Positions 53,264 through 63,798 are shown, counted from the stretch's first letter. The stretch is DNA of 64,000 bases from Bacteroidota bacterium (GCA_024642665.1 JAHEAR010000021.1:453-64452), one strand, 5' to 3'. Notes: generated by a model from the sequence alone, not told the origin. Translations and numbers: made by a program.

Positions 53264-56200
53264 TTAATTGCCCGATTTAACCAGTTTAACCGGCCACATG
53301 TTATCACCGTTTTTCAACAGGACTATATAAAGTCCTGCCGGTTCTGTGCTTAATTCATACTGCTCATCAGCGGTTAGCGGTAATTGATAAATGACGTTCC
53401 TGCCACTGGCATTGAACATAGACAGCACCAGATCTTTTTTGGCATAAATACCGGGCATAGACCCATTATTAAAGATGGTAAAAAACTCATCATAATCCAC
53501 CGGAAGTGTTGAGACAAAACAATCAACCATTCCTGGAATAATAACAGATGAGCAATTCGGATTGGCATCATCAAAAACCAGAAATTCATAATCCGTATCA
53601 TCTGCTGGAAATGGTCCCAATTCCAAAGGGAGATCATCATAACTGAAGTTTCCGTAATTGTTGCCATTACCGAGGACATTAAAACCATCAAAGCCTACAT
53701 TGGTAAAATCAAAATCAAGAATGAAAAAGAAATTGCCGTCATCGTCACAAGGCGTCATGGTGTATTCAAGATTATAAATACTGCATCCTCCGGCACCACA
53801 AGTTGGTCCATCAAACGAATAACTACTGCAGCATTCCATGCCATCACTTTCACAGATCGTTATCGTATAATCACCACTATCATTAGTAGGGTAATTATTG
53901 ATTTCCACTGGCATTTGATTTAGAGGATAGAAGCCCAGATAGTCATCCCCTGAATAGATATCCACACCACCTCCCGGTAGGTTTTCGTAATTGTAATCTA
54001 CCAGCACCACAAAAGTGGAATCTGAATTACAATCAAATACACTAACGGCAATATCAAATATGGCACAATCACCTCCGTTACAATTTGGATTAACAATCGT
54101 ATAAGAAGCACAGCATGCTGAATTGTTTTGAGCGCAAACAGTGATTACGGTTTCTTCTATATCAAAGACAGGGAAATTTTCAATGCGTATAAAATTTGGC
54201 GCATTAAAATAAGTGCCCAGTAAAATTCCATTCGCGAAAATATCCACTGAATCCGTCGGGAGACTATTATCATCAAACACAATATCTACTAGGAAAGTAG
54301 AATCAGAGTTGCAATCACCGGTCTCCGCAAACAGATTATAGATTTCACAATCAAATCCCTGTCCGCAATCGGGTGTTTCTAAAACATATTGATCACAACA
54401 ATCCGGACCTTCTAAAGCACAAACGGTAATTGTCGTATGACTAAAGTTTGAAGCAGGGAAATTAGGAATCGTAAATCCGGCCGGATTATGCACAAAATGA
54501 GCTGAGTATCCATTGTCCGAACTAACCACTACGGAATCCGAAGGAAGGTTGTTGGATAAGTAATGGATAAAGACCGAAAAGGTAGAATCGTCATTACAAA
54601 CGCCAAAATCTGCTACCAGATCAAACAAGTGACACATACCACCACCGGCACAATGAGGCGTTTCAAATTCAATAGCAGCACAACAATCCGGTGCTTCAAC
54701 AGCACAAACAGAAAGGACCGTGTGGTTGGTTTCAAATTCAGGGAAATTGCTGATGGTTAATCCTTCACTGACTGCCAGATATTGCCCGATCAAATTACCA
54801 TTACCATAAACAAAAACAGAGTCATTCGGCAGATTCTCAAAATTGAAGTCGATGTGAATAGAATAGGTTGTGTCAGACGTACAGTCTCCAACGAATATTT
54901 CAAGATCCCAGATGCTGCAATTTCCGGAGCCGGGGCAGTCAGGCGTATCAAATTCAACTACATCACAACAATCAGGATTGCCAACTGCACAAACTGAAAG
55001 GGTTGTATTGTTGGTTTCAAAGGTTGGAAAATTGACGATAGTCAGTCCTTCATTGATTGCAAGATATTGCCCGATCAAATTGCCATTGGCATACACCAGG
55101 ACAGAATCTTCAGGGAGATTGCTAAAATTAAAGTCAATATGAATGGAGTAGGTTGAGTCTGACGTACAGTCGCCAACGAAATATTCAAGATCCCAGATAT
55201 TGCACTGACCAAAAGTGGAACAATCAGGGGTAGCATATTCTACAACAGCACAGCAATCAGGATTGCCAACCGCACAAACTGAAAGGGTTGTATTGTCGGT
55301 TTCAAAAGTTGGGAAATTTTCAATGGTCAATCCTTCATTGACGGCAAGATATTGTCCGATCAAATTGCCATTAGCATACACCAGGACAGAATCTTCAGGA
55401 AGATTGATAAAATTAAAGTCAATATGAATGGAGTAGGTTGAGTCTGACGTACAGTCACCAACGAAATATTCAAGATCCCAGATATTGCACTGACCAAAAG
55501 TAGAGCAATCAGGGGTAGCATATTCTACAGCAGCACAGCAATCAGGATTGCCAACCGCACAAACTGAAAGGGTTGTATTGTCGGTTTCAAAAGTTGGGAA
55601 ATTTTCAATGGTCAATCCTTCATTAACAGCAAGATATTGTCCGATCAAATTGCCATTAGCATACACCAGGACAGAATCTTCAGGAAGATTAATAAAATTA
55701 AAGTCAATCTGAATGGAGTAGGTTGAGTCTGACGTGCAGTCCCCAACAAAATATTCAAGATCCCAGATATTGCATTGTCCAAAGGTGGAACAATCAGGGG
55801 CTTCAAACGTAAGCGTATCACAACACTCGGCATCACCCAGAATACAAACAACCAGTATTGTGGAATCCGTTTCAAAAACCGGAAATTCTTCAATCCGATT
55901 AAAATTGGGTTGAATCTCGTACACCCCGACTAGCTCACCATTGCCATAAACAGCAATCGAGTCACTATCTGTATTAATCGTCTCAAATACAATATCAAGT
56001 ATATAAGTAGAATCAGAGTTGCATTCTCCTGTTTCAGCAAACAAGTCATACAGGTTGCAAACCGGAGATTCGCAATTCATCAATTCAAAAAGGACTTCAT
56101 CACAGCAGCTTCCGAGGTCATTCGCACAAACAGAGAGTACTGCTGTGCCATCGCCTTCAGGAATATCTAAAATGATTGGGATTTCATCTACGTTATAAAA

Positions 56201-58057
56201 TCCCACAAATACGCCGTCCAGAAAAACATCGACGGATTCACCCGGTAGATTTTCGTAAAAATATTCGAGGGCCACTTCGAAAGTACTATCGGTCGTACAA
56301 CCGATTACTTCGACATTGACATCATAAATGCTGCAAGCACATTCAGGGGAATCAAAGATTAAGGTAGCACAACAATTGTTATTATCATTTTCGCAAACAG
56401 TGATCGTATCTGTGCCTGTTCCGTTGGACGGAAATTCGTTGATCATCAAAGGAAGATCGGTATAGTCATAAAAGCCAAAATTTTCTCCATTTACATACAA
56501 ATCAAACCCAACGCCTGAAACACCCTGATAATCAAAATCAATCGTAGCAGCAAACGTATTATTTCCGGTGCATTCTCCGGTGATAACGGAAAGATTGGAT
56601 AGCTCACAAATGGTATCACAATCAATAAAGCCTAATTCAATACTTTCAAAACATAATTGGTTGACTAAATCGGTCACTACAAATTCAAAATACTGGCTAC
56701 CATCACCAACGAAGGGACCAACTTGAACCGGTAGGTCTTCATAAGCAAAGGAACCATAGTTTTCTCCGTTGCCGGTGATTTCAAATCCTTCATTCGATTG
56801 ATTCTGATAATCAAAATTTATTTGAATAAAAATCTCATCATCATCATTACATGGAAGTGGAAAAGCTTCCAGATTATAAATCAAACAACCTGCACACAGT
56901 AGTGCTTCAAATGGAGTGGTCGAACAACATTCAAGATACTCGTTGTCGCAGACAGTGACATAATCAATAAATTCACCTGATCCCTCAAATTCAGGAAGTG
57001 TTATCGGTAAGTCGTCATACATATAACTTCCATAATAACCTGTTTCAGAAAAAACTGCAAACCCAAGATCTCCTTCTCCTTCGATGTCCAGTCCAATCAA
57101 TAATGAATAAGCTTCATTGCCATTACATTCCAATGCCAAAGCTTCCATGGATCGCACATCACAAGGTGGAGGACAATGGTATATCCCAAATACTTCCGTC
57201 GTTTGACAGTCACCATCCTCAATATGAAATTCCCATTCGATGTCTGTCCCACCATTTAATGGTCCAACGGTAATTGGTAAATCGATGTAGGCAAAATTGC
57301 CATAATTGAGACCATTTCCGGTCATGTGAAAACTATCTGATGGAGGATTATCGTAACCAAAATTAATATGCATCAGAAAGTTGGCACCATTGCAATCAGG
57401 ATCAAAAGTTACGCTGTACATCTCACAGTTGTCCGGATTGCAATCAATCGCATCTAACACAAACGTTTCACAACAGGAAGATTCAAGATGATCACATACA
57501 GTTAAAATGATTGGTGCTGCTCCGTTTACTTCAAAGAATGGAATTGTAATGGGCAGGCTTGAGTATAAATAAGTACTAATCAAATCACCCTCCTCATCGC
57601 GCAAGTCAAAAGTTAATCCTGCCGGATTCTCATAATCAAAGTCAAACACTACAATTGCGCTATTGTCACTGACACAAGCCACAAACTCAAGATCGAAGTT
57701 TGAGATAGAACAAATCGGTCCACAATCAGCGGCAACCATGGTGGTGAATTGCTGACACATGCCATCTTCTTTATCCCAGGCAATAAATTCGTATTCTGAT
57801 TCTGCATCACCAAGCAGGTTTCCAACAGAAACCGGGAGGTCAGCATAAGCAAATTGACCATAAACGACTCCATTTCCGGCAAGCATAAAACTATCGCTGG
57901 CGGGGTTAATGACCTCAAGATCAACTGAAGCAGAAAAATAATTTCCATCACAGGATTCCGCTATAGCGGTGACAGAAGTAATTTCACAATCCTGGGCCCA
58001 TATGGAAGTAGGTAAATAATTAACTATCAAGCAAATGGAAAGTAGAATCTTATACAT
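53264..58057 (-). CDS. Large secreted acidic, Cys-rich repeat protein with a probable T9SS C-terminal domain
   Basis: Signal peptide (IWA-Q); ~16 modules of ~95 aa; C-terminal MFNASGR...PAGLYIV...KLVK; TAGCTTTG promoter box at 58083-58090. Confidence 0.85.
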   Translation of the reverse strand: MYKILLSICLIVNYLPTSIWAQDCEITSVTAIAESCDGNYFSASVDLEVINPASDSFMLAGNGVVYGQFAYADLPVSVGNLLGDAESEYEFIAWDKEDGMCQQFTTMVAADCGPICSISNFDLEFVACVSDNSAIVVFDFDYENPAGLTFDLRDEEGDLISTYLYSSLPITIPFFEVNGAAPIILTVCDHLESSCCETFVLDAIDCNPDNCEMYSVTFDPDCNGANFLMHINFGYDNPPSDSFHMTGNGLNYGNFAYIDLPITVGPLNGGTDIEWEFHIEDGDCQTTEVFGIYHCPPPCDVRSMEALALECNGNEAYSLLIGLDIEGEGDLGFAVFSETGYYGSYMYDDLPITLPEFEGSGEFIDYVTVCDNEYLECCSTTPFEALLCAGCLIYNLEAFPLPCNDDDEIFIQINFDYQNQSNEGFEITGNGENYGSFAYEDLPVQVGPFVGDGSQYFEFVVTDLVNQLCFESIELGFIDCDTICELSNLSVITGECTGNNTFAATIDFDYQGVSGVGFDLYVNGENFGFYDYTDLPLMINEFPSNGTGTDTITVCENDNNNCCATLIFDSPECACSIYDVNVEVIGCTTDSTFEVALEYFYENLPGESVDVFLDGVFVGFYNVDEIPIILDIPEGDGTAVLSVCANDLGSCCDEVLFELMNCESPVCNLYDLFAETGECNSDSTYILDIVFETINTDSDSIAVYGNGELVGVYEIQPNFNRIEEFPVFETDSTILVVCILGDAECCDTLTFEAPDCSTFGQCNIWDLEYFVGDCTSDSTYSIQIDFNFINLPEDSVLVYANGNLIGQYLAVNEGLTIENFPTFETDNTTLSVCAVGNPDCCAAVEYATPDCSTFGQCNIWDLEYFVGDCTSDSTYSIHIDFNFINLPEDSVLVYANGNLIGQYLAVNEGLTIENFPTFETDNTTLSVCAVGNPDCCAVVEYATPDCSTFGQCNIWDLEYFVGDCTSDSTYSIHIDFNFSNLPEDSVLVYANGNLIGQYLAINEGLTIVNFPTFETNNTTLSVCAVGNPDCCDVVEFDTPDCPGSGNCSIWDLEIFVGDCTSDTTYSIHIDFNFENLPNDSVFVYGNGNLIGQYLAVSEGLTISNFPEFETNHTVLSVCAVEAPDCCAAIEFETPHCAGGGMCHLFDLVADFGVCNDDSTFSVFIHYLSNNLPSDSVVVSSDNGYSAHFVHNPAGFTIPNFPASNFSHTTITVCALEGPDCCDQYVLETPDCGQGFDCEIYNLFAETGDCNSDSTFLVDIVFDDNSLPTDSVDIFANGILLGTYFNAPNFIRIENFPVFDIEETVITVCAQNNSACCASYTIVNPNCNGGDCAIFDIAVSVFDCNSDSTFVVLVDYNYENLPGGGVDIYSGDDYLGFYPLNQMPVEINNYPTNDSGDYTITICESDGMECCSSYSFDGPTCGAGGCSIYNLEYTMTPCDDDGNFFFILDFDFTNVGFDGFNVLGNGNNYGNFSYDDLPLELGPFPADDTDYEFLVFDDANPNCSSVIIPGMVDCFVSTLPVDYDEFFTIFNNGSMPGIYAKKDLVLSMFNASGRNVIYQLPLTADEQYELSTEPAGLYIVLLKNGDNMWPVKLVKSGN
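54635..55798 (-). repeat. Intragenic 285-bp tandem repeat (three near-identical copies plus one diverged)
   Basis: Anchor CAAGATCCCAGAT at 54901, 55186, 55471 and 55756 (spacing 285 nt = 95 codons). Confidence 0.92.
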
Positions 58058-58172
58058 AGAAAAGTCTTTTTTTGTAGTTACACAAAGCTATACAAAAGTG
58101 TTCAATTAAGCCCACTAGTTTCAAGATACCAATATCTTTACGAGCGTTGCACCTTTGATTGCTTAAATTAGT

Positions 58173-59153
58173 GTGGATATGAGCTCAATGATACTCTCTG
58201 GTCACGACAGGCCACTTGAATCTGGTGAAATCCTGCCCTCCTTGCCTGAAGAGGGGGAGGTGTTTGTGCGCCTGCATGCCGCAGCATTGAATAAAAGAGA
58301 CTACTGGATCACTAAAGGTATGTATCCCGGTATTACCTATCCATTAGTGCTGGGTAGCGATGGTGCGGGAATAGTGGATGGTCGAGATGTAATCATCAAC
58401 CCGAGTATTCATTGGGGTGATGATCCTGAATATTTTGCAACGGATTTTACCATTTTAGGTTTACCGGCTCACGGAACTTTTTCTGATTTGGTTAAAGTGC
58501 CGGAAGAGAATTTGTTTGATAAACCTGCACATCTTTCCTGGGTAGAAGCTGCTGCATTACCGGTATGTGGCGTTACAGCATACAGGGCGATGTTCACCAG
58601 AGGACGGGCACGTAGTGGGGAGAGAATGCTTATCACAGGTATTGGGGGTGGCGTTGCTACCATGGCACTTCTTTTTGGTGTAGCCCTTGAGATGGAGGTA
58701 TGGGTGACAAGTTCCTCTGACCAAAAAATTGCCAGGGCGATCCAATATGGCGCTAAAGGTGGGGTGATGTATTCGGCACCTGATTGGGAGAAAGAATTAG
58801 TATCAAAAGCCGGTGGTAAATTTGATCTTGTCATAGACGGTGCAGGTGGAAAAGATTTTTCAAAAATGACTCAATTTATGAGCCCGCGAGGCCGAATTGT
58901 TATCTATGGGGGAACCAGCGGAAATATTGAAGACCTTAGCCCTCAGCGCATCTTCTGGAAGCAACTGGATATTCTTGGTTCAACGATGGGCTCGCCGGAA
59001 GATTTTTCCCGTATGATTGATTTTGTGGCCATAAATAAAATCAAACCGATTGTCAGTCATGTGTTTCCATTAGAAAAAGTCAATGATGCTATGGAAATAA
59101 TTGCACGTAATGAACAGTTTGGTAAAGTCTGCCTTGAGATACCACAACCATGA
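58173..59153 (+). CDS. MDR-family (quinone oxidoreductase-like) dehydrogenase
   Basis: AAALNKRD, GSDGAG, EAAALP, ITGIGGGVA, GSTMGS and QFGKV. Confidence 0.88.
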   Translation: MDMSSMILSGHDRPLESGEILPSLPEEGEVFVRLHAAALNKRDYWITKGMYPGITYPLVLGSDGAGIVDGRDVIINPSIHWGDDPEYFATDFTILGLPAHGTFSDLVKVPEENLFDKPAHLSWVEAAALPVCGVTAYRAMFTRGRARSGERMLITGIGGGVATMALLFGVALEMEVWVTSSSDQKIARAIQYGAKGGVMYSAPDWEKELVSKAGGKFDLVIDGAGGKDFSKMTQFMSPRGRIVIYGGTSGNIEDLSPQRIFWKQLDILGSTMGSPEDFSRMIDFVAINKIKPIVSHVFPLEKVNDAMEIIARNEQFGKVCLEIPQP

Positions 59154-59638
59154 CCAGGATAGGCGTCATATCGGATACGCATAGTTTTCTGGATCCCCTT
59201 CTGACACCGATTCTGTCCAAATGTGATGAACTTTGGCATGCCGGTGATATCGGTAGTAGACACGTCCTTACAGAGCTTGAAAAATTAAACAAACCTATAC
59301 GGGCTGTCTATGGAAATATTGATGGACAGGATATTCGGATCGATACGCCGAAACATTTGATTTGGCATGTTGAAAAACGGAAGATTTTGATGACTCATAT
59401 TGGTGGGTATCCCGGACATTATACCGCAGAGTTAAAGCAAATGCTCCTGAAGGAAAAACCTGATATTTATGTTTGCGGTCACTCACATATTCTTAAGGTA
59501 ATTTATGACAAGCAACTTGAATTGCTCCATATTAATCCCGGCGCCTGCGGTAGAGAAGGATTTCAAAAAGTCAGGACAATGATTCAGTTTGTCATTGATG
59601 GTGAAGCGATCAGGGATATGGCGATTGTAGAACTCTGA
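59150..59638 (+). CDS. YfcE-like metallophosphoesterase
   Basis: ISDTH, HAGDIG, GNID, GHSH and NPGA. Confidence 0.92.
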   Translation: MTRIGVISDTHSFLDPLLTPILSKCDELWHAGDIGSRHVLTELEKLNKPIRAVYGNIDGQDIRIDTPKHLIWHVEKRKILMTHIGGYPGHYTAELKQMLLKEKPDIYVCGHSHILKVIYDKQLELLHINPGACGREGFQKVRTMIQFVIDGEAIRDMAIVEL

Positions 59639-59877
59639 AAATCAATTACGAATTACGAATGCGTAAATTACGATTGAATGACTGAAGGAAGAAAGGTAGA
59701 TAAGCAGAAGGGCGGAAAACAAAATCACATCTTTATCTCATGTCTGTACTTGCGGAAAAAGCACCCCGCTCAATCCTTAAAAAAATGCAGAAATAACAGA
59801 AAAAAACAAAATAAAAATTGCCTCTATCTGTAATTAAACAATTGTGCGATTTTTCGTAATTCGTAATTTTTATTTTT

Positions 59878-59990
59878 CCCCATGCCCTACGCTCTAAGCC
59901 CTACGCTCTACGCCCCATGCCCCATGCCCCATGCTCCATGCCCCATGCCCCATGCCCCTTGCTCCATGCCCCTTGCCCTTCGCCCTACGC
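59878..59990. repeat. Heptamer tandem repeat, consensus GCCCCAT (about 16 units)
   Basis: Visible 7-nt period (gccccat, gctccat, gccctac...) running into the stop codon of the next gene. Confidence 0.9.
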
Positions 59991-61175
59991 CTCAATCGCT
60001 TGGAGCATATCAGCAATAATATCTTCCGCATCTTCAATACCCACAGACACGCGAATCAACCCATCGGATATGCCCACTTGTTTACGCACTTCCGGATTGA
60101 CTCTTAAATGCGAGGAGGATGCTGGATGCAAAACCATCGTGTCCACATCGCCTAAGGTTGGGGTAAGCGAACAAAATTGCATTCGGTTCATCGCTTTTAA
60201 GGAAGCATCGATTCCACCTTTTAGTTCGAAACTCATCATACCCCCAAAGGCACGCATTTGATTTTTCGCGATCCTGTGATCAGGATGAGATTCCAGTCCG
60301 GGGTAATTGACCTTTTGTACTTTGTCATGGGAGGCAAGTGCTGTCGCTAAAGCCATTGCATTTTGTGAATGTTTATTCATTCGAAGTGGTAGTGTCTTCA
60401 ACCCCTGATAAACTAACCAGGCTTCAAATGGACTGCAATTAGCACCGGTAAGCTTCATGGTGTTCCATATGCGTGTTTTAAACGAGTCAATATCTTTTCC
60501 TAAGACCACCCCTGAAATAGTAGTGCCATGTCCATTAAGGAACTTACTCGTGGAGTGTATGATAAAATCAGCCCCAAATAAAAATGGTTGTTGCAAGTAG
60601 GGAGTTGCAAACGTATTATCAATGGCCGACCAGACCATATGCTGTTTGGTGATGTTGCATAAAGCCTGAATATCTATACATGCCAGCGTAGGATTGGCCG
60701 GTGTTTCAAAGAATACGAGTTTAATGGCCTGGTCGTTTTGTAAAACTTTTTCGACCTCTTCGGAATTGCTTAGATCAGTGTAGACTAATTCAATTTTCCA
60801 GTGTTTACTCATTTGGTGCAGGAGTTCCGTACTTCCTCCATAGATGTTCGCTTGCGTGAGAATTTTATCACCGGAATTTAATAGTCCGGATATCAACACA
60901 TGTAGCGCGGACATGCCGGAACTAGTCATCACAGCGTGTGCCTCGATATTGCTGCCATGTGTTTCCATGGCAGCAATTTTCGCCGCAGTAGCTTCAACCG
61001 TAGGATTGCCATACCGACTATAGGTATGGCCCGGAATCTTGTTTGAAAAGATATCGATGCTCTGATCCATATCTTCAAAGTCGTACGAAGCTGTTGCATA
61101 TATTGGAAGGATATGGGGTGTTGTTGTTTTAGGATCCGGCCATTCTCTGGCAGAAAGTGAATCAAAACTTTTCAT
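59985..61175 (-). CDS. Cys/Met-metabolism PLP enzyme (methionine gamma-lyase or cystathionine gamma-synthase family)
   Basis: YSRYGNPT, SSGMSA, ETPANP, DNTFATP, HSTSKFLNGH and RVSVGIED. Confidence 0.9.
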   Translation of the reverse strand: MKSFDSLSAREWPDPKTTTPHILPIYATASYDFEDMDQSIDIFSNKIPGHTYSRYGNPTVEATAAKIAAMETHGSNIEAHAVMTSSGMSALHVLISGLLNSGDKILTQANIYGGSTELLHQMSKHWKIELVYTDLSNSEEVEKVLQNDQAIKLVFFETPANPTLACIDIQALCNITKQHMVWSAIDNTFATPYLQQPFLFGADFIIHSTSKFLNGHGTTISGVVLGKDIDSFKTRIWNTMKLTGANCSPFEAWLVYQGLKTLPLRMNKHSQNAMALATALASHDKVQKVNYPGLESHPDHRIAKNQMRAFGGMMSFELKGGIDASLKAMNRMQFCSLTPTLGDVDTMVLHPASSSHLRVNPEVRKQVGISDGLIRVSVGIEDAEDIIADMLQAIEA

Positions 61176-61305
61176 GAAGTTACCGTTTGAAATAGTTGAT
61201 ATGGATAAGTGATTACGGGTGAATTTTTTAATGAAATGACCGAGTGATTTATATTTGTAAATGTCGCTAGATTTATCGAATTACCTCTGAATGTATTAGG
61301 TGGAT

Positions 61306-61341
61306 AAAAAAAGCCCCAGGAAAATCTTCCTGAGGCTTTTT
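61306..61341 (-). terminator. Intrinsic terminator
   Basis: AAAAAAGCCCCAGGAA-loop-TTCCTGAGGCTTTTT, downstream of the T9SS gene. Confidence 0.75.
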
Positions 61342-61380
61342 CTGATAGGGTAGCTGTATAGTGCTACTTATAAAGTCATT

Positions 61381-63798
61381 TTACTTTACAATAATCACCG
61401 GAACAGAACGCTGTCCATCAACAGTTTCAACCTGTAGCAGATAATTACCTGCCGCCATTTGGCTGACCGTGATTGGTTCTATATGGTTGGTGATGGTATT
61501 GTTTAGTGCATTGTAGTAAACTACTCTTCCCAGATTGTCAATCAATCGCAACTTCACATCGCTGTAAGGCTTTGAGAATTCTAATTTAACCTGAACTACA
61601 TCAGTAGCCGGGTTAGGGAATGCAGAGATTGTGTTGTCCAATGGAAGTGGATCCACTGTATTCGTAGTTCTTGTAACTACACGAACTAATGGAACGATAT
61701 CCTGACCGAAGAAAATACGACTGTCGTTGACATCAAGCTCTCTTACTTCATAGTCGATATTGGCAATGTTTCCATCAGGTGAGAATCCAAGTACCGCTGT
61801 GTAGACCAAATGATCAGTCAAGCCATAAGCTACTGCTGTATCAGAAGCAAGAACAACAGCACCGAAATCTCTGGCTTCACTGGCGAGCAAGAAAAACTGT
61901 GGATCAGAAGCTGTAGCAGCCTGATATTCAACAATGGCAATATAGCCAAAACCACCTTTCATTACGACATCATCACCAGGATTGTCAAAGTTTTCAAGTG
62001 TGCTTTCAAGAATAGCATTATCCCCTTCAGCACCACTAAATGTATAATCTGCAAAACCGATAAACTTACGTTCGTTACTTTGCGCAATCTGATCACCATT
62101 ATTGTCAGTCCACTGCAGAAGATAAATCTGAACAGTTTTATCAACCATGTCAGTTGGGTTATTCACACCCCATACAATTCTATCTACAACAGCATCAGCT
62201 TGGGGAAAGAAGTAATTACCAAAAGCATAAGAAAGTGGAGCACCGGCATCATAAATGCCATTAGCAACCGCTACTGATCTGGTGAATCCATCTTCCATTC
62301 CGAATGTATTTCCTCCAACAGTGTAGCTGGTTGAAATAACGTTGTCAGCTGGATCGAAATCTGTTTCATCCTGTGTTAATGTGAATACAGCTGTATAGTT
62401 ACCATCAACACCGGATGGCAATTCGATAAGGGTTGGGTTTAATCGGTTTTCAATAGTTGTATCCGGATCAATGGTGCCATAATCTAAATTTTCGTTATAG
62501 ACTTCTTCCATTGTATCTGAATTGTAAACGGTATGATTCAGTACAACATTTGTCTGAGGAGCGGCTCCAATATTTCTTACATCAGCCAGGGCACCAAATG
62601 GATATATCTGATCATTTGGAATGGTTCCCCATGGTGCTAAAGAATAAAAGTTTTCCTGAACTCTGATGTTGTTGGCTTCAGTTTCTACGATTTTTACGTC
62701 GTCAATACCCCATAGATAATAGTTGGCATTGTAGACGAAACGAATCTGGAGTAAGTCATGACCTGCAGCACCAGCCATAAAGAATCGCTGTATATCGGCA
62801 GGAAAAAATGCACTATTGATTACAAATTCAGTATTGACCTGAATATCGGTCCAGTCGGTCCAGTCATCAGCTCCATCTTTCGTACGGAAGGAGATGAAAT
62901 AAGTACTTTGATACTGGCGAAGTGCTTGTGTCCAGGTTAAACTAAGTCCTACTGCTGTCCATTCAGACGTATTGATTTCAGGTGAAATAAGGATATGTTG
63001 TGCAGTAGCTGGGCAAGGACCATTACCGGCATTGCCATCAATACCACCGTTATCACCATAATCACTATCAACACCAACGGATCCATCACAATAAGTAGCC
63101 GATTGAACACCATAAGTTGGTTGACTGTACAAACCCTGATTAATCAGGTTATCAGCACGGTAAGTCCATCCTGCATTTACATTAGAGTCAGCAACAGCAC
63201 ATGTACCTTCTGTGGTCCATCCGTTTATTTCAAGTCCTCCGGCAAAAGTTTCCCAGAAAAGAGGTGCTTCAGTAGAGGTGTCCTCAAAGACTCCACAACT
63301 TAATGTACCTTCTGTAGCAGGGGTGTTACCGGTAGACCATACACGGACAACATATTCGTTATCAGTAAGCAGGCATCCACTGGATAGGACAATTTTGTTG
63401 TCCTCAGGTTGATCAGAGGAGAAACATGCAATCGGTGTCTCACCTGCACCACAACTCGCATAAATAGCCATTCCAATAGCCGGAACATCCGTTGGCGTAA
63501 TGGCATTGTTAAAATAAATTCTAACAATTAATCCATTTGCAGGGAGTACTGATCCGGTGGTAAACTTAAACCAGATGTCATCGGTATACCATGATCCTGA
63601 ACAAACATTAGTAGGCACTGTAGATGCGGTAGCCCCGCGTGAATCACCAGCTACGGTTACTGCATTCATTTCGCTGTCTCCGATGGAGACTTCAAACGCA
63701 CCGGAACAATCATCGTTTAGCGGTTGCGCCCAGGCGGTGATACTCATTAAAATAAGTCCAATAAATAGACTTGAAAAACGTAAAGTTACTTTCATCAT
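61381..63798 (-). CDS. T9SS type A sorting-domain protein (multi-domain, putative adhesin)
   Basis: Signal peptide; N-terminal NDDCSGA...DIWFKF module; LISP...WGIDDV jelly-roll-like module; CTD AFPNPATD...DNLGR...AGNYLL...IIVK. Confidence 0.88.
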   Translation of the reverse strand: MMKVTLRFSSLFIGLILMSITAWAQPLNDDCSGAFEVSIGDSEMNAVTVAGDSRGATASTVPTNVCSGSWYTDDIWFKFTTGSVLPANGLIVRIYFNNAITPTDVPAIGMAIYASCGAGETPIACFSSDQPEDNKIVLSSGCLLTDNEYVVRVWSTGNTPATEGTLSCGVFEDTSTEAPLFWETFAGGLEINGWTTEGTCAVADSNVNAGWTYRADNLINQGLYSQPTYGVQSATYCDGSVGVDSDYGDNGGIDGNAGNGPCPATAQHILISPEINTSEWTAVGLSLTWTQALRQYQSTYFISFRTKDGADDWTDWTDIQVNTEFVINSAFFPADIQRFFMAGAAGHDLLQIRFVYNANYYLWGIDDVKIVETEANNIRVQENFYSLAPWGTIPNDQIYPFGALADVRNIGAAPQTNVVLNHTVYNSDTMEEVYNENLDYGTIDPDTTIENRLNPTLIELPSGVDGNYTAVFTLTQDETDFDPADNVISTSYTVGGNTFGMEDGFTRSVAVANGIYDAGAPLSYAFGNYFFPQADAVVDRIVWGVNNPTDMVDKTVQIYLLQWTDNNGDQIAQSNERKFIGFADYTFSGAEGDNAILESTLENFDNPGDDVVMKGGFGYIAIVEYQAATASDPQFFLLASEARDFGAVVLASDTAVAYGLTDHLVYTAVLGFSPDGNIANIDYEVRELDVNDSRIFFGQDIVPLVRVVTRTTNTVDPLPLDNTISAFPNPATDVVQVKLEFSKPYSDVKLRLIDNLGRVVYYNALNNTITNHIEPITVSQMAAGNYLLQVETVDGQRSVPVIIVK

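Noticed and set aside
54635..59990. Possible CRISPR array (285-bp and 7-bp repeats)
   Set aside because: No constant repeat with unique spacers and no cas genes; the repeats are coding modules or microsatellites
59917..60261. 114-aa ORF beginning MPHAPCSMPHAP
   Set aside because: Translation of the heptamer repeat running antisense into the PLP-enzyme gene
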